From positions 184,367 through 248,366 of the forward strand of contig JASEFK010000001.1 in the NCBI GenBank assembly GCA_030019255.1: a DNA stretch of 64,000 bases. Reading direction: 5' to 3'. Positions 56,709 to 64,000 of the stretch are shown here, piece after piece. Positions within the stretch are counted from its first letter, which is position 1. The number at the start of each line of letters is the position of its first letter. The position numbers and the translations under genes were made by a program. The notes under the pieces were generated by a model, which searched no databases, was not told the DNA's origin, and worked only from the letters and a program-made list of their open reading frames with translations. Source of the DNA: Actinomycetota bacterium (GTDB taxonomy: Bacteria > Actinomycetota > Geothermincolia > Geothermincolales > RBG-13-55-18).

Positions 56709-57996
56709 AAAGTATATCAAAGAGGTCGGCTATGTGCTCCTTTTCCAGGCAGGAAAAGGCGATGCGCAGGTCGCGGGGGCCGGTCGCCACCACCCCGACC
56801 CCGTGCCTTTCCAGCAGGTGGCGGCGAAGGACCTCGGCGTCGACGTCGTGAAGGCGGAGGCACATGAAGTACCCGCTGTTGAAGGGGTAGGGCGTGAAGA
56901 TCTCCGCGAAGCGAGGGTCCTCGAGGACCCTCTTCACCTCCCGGTACCGCTCGAGGAGGACTTGGAACTTCTCCTCCTTCTCCTCCCGATATCCCACGGC
57001 CTTTATGGCCTTCACCAGCAGGTGTTGGGAGGGCGTGGAACACTTGGATATGGTGCCCCGTATGAGCCCGGCCACCTTCTTCTCCAGGACCTCGTAGACC
57101 ACCTCCCGCCTTCCCGGGCTGCGGTGGCTGAAGGTGATGAAGCCTATCCGGAATCCCCACACGTAGTCCTCCTTGGTGGGGCCGTCTATCTTGACGGCCG
57201 TGATGCGGGGATGGCAGTCGGCTAAAAGGGAAAAGAAGGATTCCGAGAAGCTCTCCTCCTCGTAGAAGAGGCCGGTGTAGGCGTCGTCCACCCCCACCAC
57301 CAGGTCGAGGTCCCCGTCGGCGGCGTTGAGGAGGACGGCGATGAGCTCCGCTGCTTCCTCGCGGTCGGGGGTGTACCCGGTGGGGTTGTGGGGGAAGTTG
57401 AGGATGACCAGGGCTTTACCGGGACGGGGGAGGGACTCGAGGGCCACGGAGAAGGCCTCCACGTCGAGGCGGCCGTCCGGCTTGAACAGGGGGTAACGGA
57501 CGATATCCGCTCCTCGGCGGACGCCGAATATCATGCGGTAATTGCCCCAGCTCATGTCCGGGAGGAGGAGGCGGTCTCCGGCGTCGCAGAACATGTCCGC
57601 CATGATGCTCAGGGCATGGGTGAGCCCGCTGGTGACCACGGGGAGGGAGAAGCTCTTCCCCTCCAGGCCGGGACTCATGGCCAGGAGGTGCTCCCTCCAC
57701 AGGCGCCTCAGCTCCGGTATCCCCGCCGTCGGTGAATAGGGAAAGGCCTCCTCCGCCTTGAGGTTCTTGATGTACTTGCGCAGGGTGCGCAGGTACATGG
57801 GCTTTCCGTTCTGGATGGCCATGCCGATGGTGGCGTTGTAGCGGTGGGCGAGCCTCTTGGCCTCCGCCGTATGGGTCAGGATTCCCCGCGGAAAGAAGAG
57901 CTCCCTCCCCAGCGAGGAAAGGGATCGGTAGAGGCTGGGGGCGTTTTCCCGCAGTACCTCGTTCAACTCCACGGCCAGGGGATCTATGGTCCTCAC
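56662..57996 (-). CDS. PLP-dependent aminotransferase (class I/II fold)
   Basis: NFPHNPTGYTP motif and the aspartate-aminotransferase-fold pattern. The N-terminal 28 residues of the track ORF are low complexity. Probable GTG start near 57996 with a GGGAAGG RBS. Confidence 0.7.
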   Translation of the reverse strand: MRTIDPLAVELNEVLRENAPSLYRSLSSLGRELFFPRGILTHTAEAKRLAHRYNATIGMAIQNGKPMYLRTLRKYIKNLKAEEAFPYSPTAGIPELRRLWREHLLAMSPGLEGKSFSLPVVTSGLTHALSIMADMFCDAGDRLLLPDMSWGNYRMIFGVRRGADIVRYPLFKPDGRLDVEAFSVALESLPRPGKALVILNFPHNPTGYTPDREEAAELIAVLLNAADGDLDLVVGVDDAYTGLFYEEESFSESFFSLLADCHPRITAVKIDGPTKEDYVWGFRIGFITFSHRSPGRREVVYEVLEKKVAGLIRGTISKCSTPSQHLLVKAIKAVGYREEKEEKFQVLLERYREVKRVLEDPRFAEIFTPYPFNSGYFMCLRLHDVDAEVLRRHLLERHGVGVVATGPRDLRIAFSCLEKEHIADLFDILYDAVQEIREKETVSD

Positions 57997-58243
57997 CTCC
58001 CGCCTTCCCGCCGTCCGCTGGGTACCGTGCCGGCGCCGCCGGAAACCACCGCCGGTTTTCCCGGCCCCCCCGCGGTTCACGGCCGCCTTTCCATGTTAGT
58101 GGCCGGGTACCCGTGTTATCACATTATAAAGGAAGGGGGCACGGATATCACGGTCCTGGTGCCTGTTTGTACGATACGGCATCGGCCCATCCACTTGCCC
58201 GGATCCGAATCTCGGCGACGCGACCTTCCGGCTTGCCGCGGGT

Positions 58244-58906
58244 TCAGGACTTTCCCAGGCGGATCTTGGCCAGCTCCCAGGCGTAGTCGTAGAGGTGCAT
58301 GCCCTTGGAGAGGGCGATGGTCTCACCGGGTTCCACGCCGATCTCCTCCGCCATGTACTCCTTGAGGAGCTGGATACCCGCCAGATTGGAGGGAAAGCCG
58401 GCCCAGAGGTCCCAGGAACGGAAATAGACCACGAAATGCAGCTTGCGCTCCTCGGGATAGATGCGGGTGTCTATCTGGCGGAGGCACGGAGGGTCGTCGA
58501 GGTAGATAGACTGGGAATCGCACACCGCCATGCATGCCTGGTTGGTGCCGAATCCCTCCTCCCGGTACATGCGGATGACCTCCTGTATCTGGTGTTCCAG
58601 GTACATGCCGTAGGTGTAGTCCTCGTTCTCCGCCTTGGAGCTCGCGGAACACAGCTTTTCCAGGTATTCATGTACGTATTCCATATCCGTGGGAGGGGGC
58701 AACCCGATGCCGGGCGGGATGTCGGGGATGAGGGGACGGGTCTCCGGGTACTTTATCTTCACCACCACGAAGTCGTATTCCAGGCGACGGTTCCCCTTGA
58801 AGCTGCCCCGGTCGATGACGTATTCCCTGCCCTTATCGAAGATGTTGTAGACGCACTGGAACCAGGCGTCCGGCAGGTCCCTGGCCTCGATGAAGGTGAT
58901 CTCCAT
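58244..58906 (-). CDS. Thymidylate synthase ThyA-family enzyme (short archaeal-type; dUMP-specific Asn retained)
   Basis: About 221 aa from MEITFIEARDL. Alignable to ThyA. PPCLRQI matches the catalytic APCHAFFQ. RSWDLWAGFPSNLAG matches RSCDVFLGLPFNIAS. GMHLYDY matches GDTHLY. Confidence 0.7.
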   Translation of the reverse strand: MEITFIEARDLPDAWFQCVYNIFDKGREYVIDRGSFKGNRRLEYDFVVVKIKYPETRPLIPDIPPGIGLPPPTDMEYVHEYLEKLCSASSKAENEDYTYGMYLEHQIQEVIRMYREEGFGTNQACMAVCDSQSIYLDDPPCLRQIDTRIYPEERKLHFVVYFRSWDLWAGFPSNLAGIQLLKEYMAEEIGVEPGETIALSKGMHLYDYAWELAKIRLGKS

Positions 58907-59425
58907 TCCCCTTTCCTCGCTTTCCCGCACGTCCTTTACGAAGCGATAAAGTCCTCTCCAAACCCGCTGTTACGGCGGGGGCCGCATCCGGACCGGGCTT
59001 GAACCCGGAAACGGCCGGGCCTTTCGACGTGCCCTTCTTCCCGCCACCGGAGCGCCCTCGCCGCTTCGGCGGCGGGCGGAAACCCCGGCTTTACGAGGAT
59101 AATGCTAACACCGGGCGGTGACGAAGAACAGGATAAGCCCCCGTGCCGGCATCCTTCCGCCGGGCATGAATATGGGCGAGGTTCATGGGGGTACGGCTTT
59201 TAACGGGTTCATCCGCAATGAAGGTGCCCGGATAAACGCCGCCCATGCTGGAGTTTTTTCCGCCTGACCCGACCGCCCGGAGGGGTCTTGCGCCAGCGGG
59301 AAAGGGAGCCTCCGTCGGAACCCCTACCGTGCGGCCTGCGCCGGGGAGGGTGAGGATCGCTTCTGGTAGAATGTTCCCGGATCGATGGGAACGATTTTTC
59401 GCCGGAGGGTGGTCCACCGGAGGAG

Positions 59426-60247
59426 ATGAGGAGGATGGCTGCTCCGCCGATAGTGGCCGGTTGCGACGTGGGATCGACAACCGGGAAAGCCCTGCTCATG
59501 CGGGGGGAAGAAGTGCTGGGCTTCTCCATTATCCCCTGCGCCGTGAGGCCCGAGCTCACCGCCGAACAGGCCCTCGAGCTGGCCATGCGCGAGGCGGAGG
59601 TGTCCTCACGCGAGGATATTGCCTACGTGGTGGGGACCGGCTACGGCCGAGTGCGCATCCCCTTCGCCGACGAGAACGTCTCCGAGATAACCTGCCACGG
59701 CCTGGGCGCCTACTTCCTCAGGCCGGGCGAGCGCACGCTCATCGACATCGGCGGGCAGGACTGCAAGGTCATACGCATCAATTCCCAGGGACGGGTGGTG
59801 GACTTCGCCATGAACGATAAGTGCGCGGCGGGCACGGGCAGGTTCTTCGAGGCCATGGCCCGCGTGCTGGAGGTATCCCTGGAAGAACTTACCAGTTTGT
59901 CCCTGCGTTCCGTAAAACCGGCGCAGATCACCAGCCAGTGCAGTGTCTTCGCCGAGTCCGAGGTCATCACCCTGCTTAACGAGGGGGTGGCCCTGGAGGA
60001 TATCGCCGCCGGCATCAACGAGGCCATCGCCTCCCGCCTGGCCGTGCTGGTGCGCAAGGTGGGCCTGGAGGGGGAGGCCTCCGTGTCCGGGGGCTGCGCC
60101 AAGAACCGCGGCCTCATCCTCTCCCTGGAGAGGAGGCTCCAGGTGAAGGTGGAGGAACTGGGCATGGACCCACAGGTGATAGGGGCTCTGGGGGCGGCGG
60201 TGATAGCGGGGAAAAAGGCGATGGGCGCGAGCGGCGGGGGTGGGTAA
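59426..60247 (+). CDS. BadF/BadG/BcrA/BcrD-type ATPase (2-hydroxyacyl-CoA dehydratase activator HgdC-like)
   Basis: 273 aa. VAGCDVGSTTGKAL, ITCHGLGA, DIGGQDCKVI and NDKCAAGTGRF motifs. Confidence 0.8.
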   Translation: MRRMAAPPIVAGCDVGSTTGKALLMRGEEVLGFSIIPCAVRPELTAEQALELAMREAEVSSREDIAYVVGTGYGRVRIPFADENVSEITCHGLGAYFLRPGERTLIDIGGQDCKVIRINSQGRVVDFAMNDKCAAGTGRFFEAMARVLEVSLEELTSLSLRSVKPAQITSQCSVFAESEVITLLNEGVALEDIAAGINEAIASRLAVLVRKVGLEGEASVSGGCAKNRGLILSLERRLQVKVEELGMDPQVIGALGAAVIAGKKAMGASGGGG

Positions 60248-60944
60248 GATGGAGCGGCCCGGGACTCCGGAAGGGGAGGAGAGGTATATCCGGAAGATAA
60301 AGGAGCTGGACATGATCTGGCGGCTCAACGAACAGATCATGTCCTTCCGCGATATGGGGAGCCTCCTGCAGAGCATACTCAAGGGAGCCCTGGAGGTCAT
60401 GGAGGCCACCTCGGGTTCCATAATGCTCATCGACCCGCCGGGAAGCGACACCCTGGTCATCAAAGCCGCCCACGGATTGCGCCGGGAGGTGGTGCAGAAG
60501 GCCCGCACCCGGGTGGGGGAGGGCATAGCCGGGCTGGTGGCGGAAAGGAGGGAGGGGATGCTCCTCCTGGACGACCTCATGGACCCGCGGCTACGCACCC
60601 GGCGCAAGGTTACCGATGCCCTGAGCGTGCCCATCATCGCCGAGGGCGAACTGCTGGGGGTGCTGAACCTTAACACCAAGCGCGGCCAGGCCTTCGGGGA
60701 ATTCGACCTCTTTTTACTCAACACCCTCATCAAGCAGATTGCCTCGGCCATAGTGAGGGGCGAGCGCCTGGAGAACCTACGCTCCAGGCTCTCCGTGATC
60801 GAGGAGCGGGAGAGGGAGATCGTGGAGGAGATAAGGCGCCTGGACCGGCTCCTGGACGAGAAACGCCGGGAATACCAGAGGTTGCGACAGGAGCACGACA
60901 GGCTCCTGCGCGAGATGCAGGGCCTGTCCGGCCCGGTGGCCTGA
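60240..60944 (+). CDS. GAF domain protein with C-terminal coiled coil
   Basis: 234 aa. GAF-like pattern (SGSIMLID, GEGIAGLVA, PIIAEGELLGVLNL). Confidence 0.6.
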   Translation: MGKMERPGTPEGEERYIRKIKELDMIWRLNEQIMSFRDMGSLLQSILKGALEVMEATSGSIMLIDPPGSDTLVIKAAHGLRREVVQKARTRVGEGIAGLVAERREGMLLLDDLMDPRLRTRRKVTDALSVPIIAEGELLGVLNLNTKRGQAFGEFDLFLLNTLIKQIASAIVRGERLENLRSRLSVIEEREREIVEEIRRLDRLLDEKRREYQRLRQEHDRLLREMQGLSGPVA

Positions 60945-61012
60945 TGGTGTGAACATGACCTCAAGGTTTCAGGGAAAGCGCAACCCTGATTCCTGGTGGA
61001 GGACTTGTCGAC

Positions 61013-61606
61013 ATGAAGCCGGAAAACCGTTACCTTCTGGCGCTTTACGCCAGCCCGCGGCGACGCGGCAACACCTCCCTCCTACTGGATTCCCTGGTGG
61101 AGGGGGCGCGGGAGGCCGGGGTGGAGGCCGTGTCCTTCCGGGTGGCGGAGATGGACATCCGTCCCTGCCGGGGGTGCGACGCTTGCTCCCGCGACGGACA
61201 ATGCGTCCAGGAAGACGACATGCAGGCCATCTACCCTCACCTGGAGAGGGCGGGCGCCGTGGTCCTAGCGGCGCCCATATTCTCCATGAACATATGTGCC
61301 CAGGCCAAGGCCCTAATCGACCGCTGCCAGCGATTCTGGGCCCTGACCTACGTCCTGAAATCCCACCCGGTGAGCGAGGATTTCGCGGTCCGGAGGAAGG
61401 GCCTGTTCATCTCCTGCTGCGGGAGGGACGTCCCGGAGACCTTCGAGTGCACCCGCCCCACCGTTGCTTATTTTTTCCATATCATCCGCGTGGGCAGGTG
61501 GGACTCCTACACCTATGCCGGCGTGGACCGGGCGGGCGAGATACGAGGCGTGGAGGGGGCCCTGGAGAGGGCGGCCCGGTGGGGAAGGGAACTGGGGAGC
61601 GTGTAG
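61013..61606 (+). CDS. NADPH-dependent FMN reductase / iron-sulfur flavoprotein (flavodoxin-like fold)
   Basis: 197 aa. LALYASPRRRGNTSLL, Cys cluster CRGCDACS and AAPIFSMN motifs. Confidence 0.7.
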   Translation: MKPENRYLLALYASPRRRGNTSLLLDSLVEGAREAGVEAVSFRVAEMDIRPCRGCDACSRDGQCVQEDDMQAIYPHLERAGAVVLAAPIFSMNICAQAKALIDRCQRFWALTYVLKSHPVSEDFAVRRKGLFISCCGRDVPETFECTRPTVAYFFHIIRVGRWDSYTYAGVDRAGEIRGVEGALERAARWGRELGSV

Positions 61607-61746
61607 CGGGTAGCGCGTGGAGGAAATGCCCCCGGCGGGTTGAGGACCGGACCCGGGTCTTTCCGCCCGGATGGCGTGCGGGAGCGCGGGCGGTGAAGAT
61701 GCGGCGGGGATGGGAGTCGGCGGGTGGAAGGGAGGAGGGGCCGGGC

Positions 61747-62514
61747 ATGGCCGGCGAAGGCGTTGAGGAGACCCTTGTACCCCCTTACCGGGTCTCCTCC
61801 CTGCTCTACGACCGGATGGTGGGGGAGGTCCTCCACCAGGCGTGGCGGGAGAACTTCGAGCGGCTGGAAAGAAGGTACGCCCTGAGTCTGGACCTGGTGG
61901 CCGACGTGGCTTGCGGGACGGGCCTGGTCACCCGTTACCTGGTGGAGAGGGGCAGCCGGGTCTTCGGGGTGGACCGTTCGGAGGAGATGCTGCGGGTGGC
62001 CGCTGCCCGCCTTAAGGGGAGCACGGGAGTCGCTCTCCTCCGGCAGGACATGCGCTACCTTTCCCTACCCTCAAAGGTGCAGACCCTGGTCTGCGCCACC
62101 GATTCCCTGAACCACCTCCTGAGCGAGGAGGACGTTCGCCGCGCACTCTCCTCCTTCGCTTCCGCCCTGGAGGAGGGAGGCCACCTCCTCTTCGACGTGA
62201 ACACCGCCTACCAGCTGAGGGAAGGGGGCGATGAGACGGAGTGGTCCTTTCGAGTGGAGGGCTGGCGCCTTAACTGGAGGAGCGAATGGGTGGAAGAGAC
62301 TTCCACCGCCACCCTCACCATGCACCTGGAGCGGGCGGACGGGCGGGAGGGCGGCTGGGTGGAGGTACACCGCGAAAGGGCCTATCCCGCCGACCTCCTG
62401 GTTTCCATCCTCGAGGAGGCGGGATTCCGCAGGGTGGAGGTATGGGACGCCGCCGGGCTGGGGAAGCCGGGGGCGAAGACCCGGCGCCTGCAGTTCGCGG
62501 CCCTCCGGGGTTAA
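61747..62514 (+). CDS. Class I SAM-dependent methyltransferase
   Basis: About 255 aa from ATG 61747. Motif I VADVACGTGLVTRYL. Motif post-I VFGVDRSEEML. The upstream part of the track ORF is a GC-rich read-through. Confidence 0.7.
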   Translation: MAGEGVEETLVPPYRVSSLLYDRMVGEVLHQAWRENFERLERRYALSLDLVADVACGTGLVTRYLVERGSRVFGVDRSEEMLRVAAARLKGSTGVALLRQDMRYLSLPSKVQTLVCATDSLNHLLSEEDVRRALSSFASALEEGGHLLFDVNTAYQLREGGDETEWSFRVEGWRLNWRSEWVEETSTATLTMHLERADGREGGWVEVHRERAYPADLLVSILEEAGFRRVEVWDAAGLGKPGAKTRRLQFAALRG

Positions 62515-62564
62515 GCGGAGGTGAGCGGAGGGAGGCACACCCGAATGTAATAAGGGGAGGAAGT

Positions 62565-62760
62565 ACCGCGTGGCGGCGCGGCTCAGCCGCGTACATAACG
62601 GGATGGTTTCTACGTTGCGGCAGGCGATCCTGGGACGGAAAGACCCGGGGACCGGCCTTCCTTCCCGGAGAAACGGGCGGACGGAAGCGGAGATAAAGGC
62701 TTGTTTCCGCGTGGTGGCGCGGCCTCGCCGCGAATATAATGGGAAAGAGGCGGTTTCCGA
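62565..62760 (+). repeat. Two tandem ~46-55-nt elements (hairpin GCGGC..GCCGC plus TACATAAC/AATATAAT box plus GGTTTC), period ~141 bp
   Basis: Copy 1 at 62565-62610 and copy 2 at 62706-62760. Shared core CGCGTGG(C/T)GGCGCGGC..GCCGCG.A.ATAA.GGGA. Confidence 0.6.
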
Positions 62761-62812
62761 AATCGGGGCTGCAGCGGAAGGGTGACGGCAGGTTGGGAAT
62801 TAAAGAGGAGGG

Positions 62813-64000
62813 ATGGTCATGGCCCTGATGAACGGTGGGGAAGTCCTGGTGCGGGCGCTGCTCAAGGAGGGTGTCAAGTGGGTGTTCGGCATCCCGGGAG
62901 GGCAGCTGTGCACCTTCGTTGACGCCATCGCCCGCGTGGGACGTCCCAACGGGATGGAGTTCGTGATGACCCACCACGAGGCGGTGGCGGCGCACATGGC
63001 CGACGCCGTTTCCCGGACCTCGGACATGGTGGGGGTGTGCACCGGGACGGTGGGCCCCGGGGCGGTCAACCTGGTGGCGGGGGTCTACGTGGCCTACAAC
63101 GACAGCATCCCCATGGTGGTCATCACCCCGCAGATCCACTCCGACCGTTCCTATCCCTTCAAGGGATCCCAGCAGCAGCTGGACCAGGTCAACCTCTTCA
63201 AGCCCATCACCAAGTGGAACGCCCTGGTGAACCGCTGGGACCGCATTCCGGACCTGGTGCACTGGGCCTTCCGGGAGGCCACCACGGGAAGGCCGGGACC
63301 CGTGCACCTGGACTTCAACGTGGACGTCCTCTTCCAGAACGGCGAGATAGACGAGAAGGTCTTCCTTCCCCCGGAGCGCTACCGCACCGAGATCCGGCCC
63401 TGCGGGGACCCGGAGGCGGTGGACAGGGCGGTGGAAATGCTCCTCTCTGCGGAGAAGCCCCTCATCCACGCCGGGGGCGGGGTGATGCGCTCCAAGGCCT
63501 GGGACGAGGTACGGGAGCTGGCCGAGTACCTCCAGATCCCGGTGACCACCAGCGTTTCCGGGCGGGGCACCCTGCCCGAGGACCATCCCCTACTGCTTCT
63601 GCCCAAGGGCATGGGAGCCATCATGGCCGAGTCCACCTCCGACCTGGTGCTCAACGTGGGGTGCACCATGTCCGAGCTGGATTTCTGGGGTCAGCCCAAC
63701 ATGTGGGGAGACCCCTCCTCCCAGAAGTTCATCTACGTGGACATCGACCCCTCCAACATCGGGCTCAACCGGGAGTTCGACCTGGGCATCGTGGGGGACG
63801 CCAAGGCGGTGCTGCGCCAGATAATCGAGCGGGTGAAGAAGGAGACCGGGCCGGTCGAAGGTCCGCGCGATTTCATGTCCGGTTACCGCGAGCTGGAGGA
63901 GCAGGCCCTGAGCTCCTACGAGGAGATGGCGCGTTCCGACGCCAAGCCTATCCATCCCCTGCGCCTGGTCACCGAGGCGGTGGAGTTCCTGGGCCGGGAC
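62813..64000 (+). CDS. Thiamine diphosphate-dependent enzyme (acetolactate synthase large subunit / sulfoacetaldehyde acetyltransferase-like), 3'-partial
   Basis: ATG 62813 with an AAAGAGGAGG RBS. N-terminal GGEVLVRALLKEGVKWVFGIPGG is the ThDP-enzyme Pyr-domain signature. The central FAD/TH3-like domain follows. The ORF runs off the window end. Confidence 0.75.
   Translation, partial: MVMALMNGGEVLVRALLKEGVKWVFGIPGGQLCTFVDAIARVGRPNGMEFVMTHHEAVAAHMADAVSRTSDMVGVCTGTVGPGAVNLVAGVYVAYNDSIPMVVITPQIHSDRSYPFKGSQQQLDQVNLFKPITKWNALVNRWDRIPDLVHWAFREATTGRPGPVHLDFNVDVLFQNGEIDEKVFLPPERYRTEIRPCGDPEAVDRAVEMLLSAEKPLIHAGGGVMRSKAWDEVRELAEYLQIPVTTSVSGRGTLPEDHPLLLLPKGMGAIMAESTSDLVLNVGCTMSELDFWGQPNMWGDPSSQKFIYVDIDPSNIGLNREFDLGIVGDAKAVLRQIIERVKKETGPVEGPRDFMSGYRELEEQALSSYEEMARSDAKPIHPLRLVTEAVEFLGRD

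Noticed and set aside
59606-60964. 452-aa minus-strand ORF
   Set aside because: Antisense to the HgdC-like and GAF genes. Ser/Arg-rich low complexity.
62315-63586. 423-aa minus-strand ORF
   Set aside because: Antisense to the ThDP enzyme gene and methyltransferase. Pro/Gly/His-rich junk. The sense frame has clear family motifs and an RBS.

Overview
High-GC (~65-70%) bacterial chromosome segment with actinobacterial-type synteny. The first ~24.5 kb is a conserved housekeeping core on the + strand. It runs aroC-aroK-aroB-aroQ, then a lower-GC cluster of four type IV (pseudo)pilin-like genes, then an M24 Xaa-Pro peptidase, efp, asp23 and nusB. Next comes a pyrimidine operon (pyrR with a PyrR-binding attenuator, pyrB, pyrC, a degenerate CarB-like ORF, pyrK, pyrD, pyrF, pyrE). 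It ends with mihF-gmk-rpoZ-coaBC and a tRNA-Leu(GAG). Past the tRNA lies ~40 kb of mixed accessory and metabolic genes. These include an alpha/beta hydrolase, two MFS transporters, plsY and degV, and two paralogous zinc-ribbon/V4R-like proteins. There is also a His-rich small protein, a DUF2207 membrane protein, an MBL hydrolase, an SDR, an OYE/FadH-like reductase, a macro domain protein and an LMW-PTP. Further on are a crotonase, a Zn-ADH, a HAD hydrolase, a lower-GC dynamin-like GTPase, a CrtI-like oxidoreductase, a TetR regulator with two adjacent acyl-CoA dehydrogenases, and a minus-strand operon (ThyA-family enzyme, aminotransferase, homocitrate/isopropylmalate-synthase-like enzyme, small unknown proteins). 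The window ends with an HgdC/BadF-type activase, a GAF protein, a flavoprotein, a methyltransferase and a partial ThDP enzyme. No integrase, transposase or CRISPR array was seen. Many long ORFs in the six-frame track are antisense or alternate-frame artefacts of the high GC content. The observations most worth a second look are listed here and detailed in the findings. The CarB-like ORF in the pyr operon looks catalytically degenerate and has no CarA partner. The pseudopilin cluster includes a 797-aa pilin-like protein. Two paralogous CxxCGVP/V4R-like proteins carry an internal duplication. The ThyA-like/aminotransferase/HCS-like operon is unexplained. Two short gene-end duplications occur, one at the pyrR 5' end and one at the MBL gene 3' end. 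Tandem hairpin-promoter elements sit upstream of the ThDP enzyme gene.
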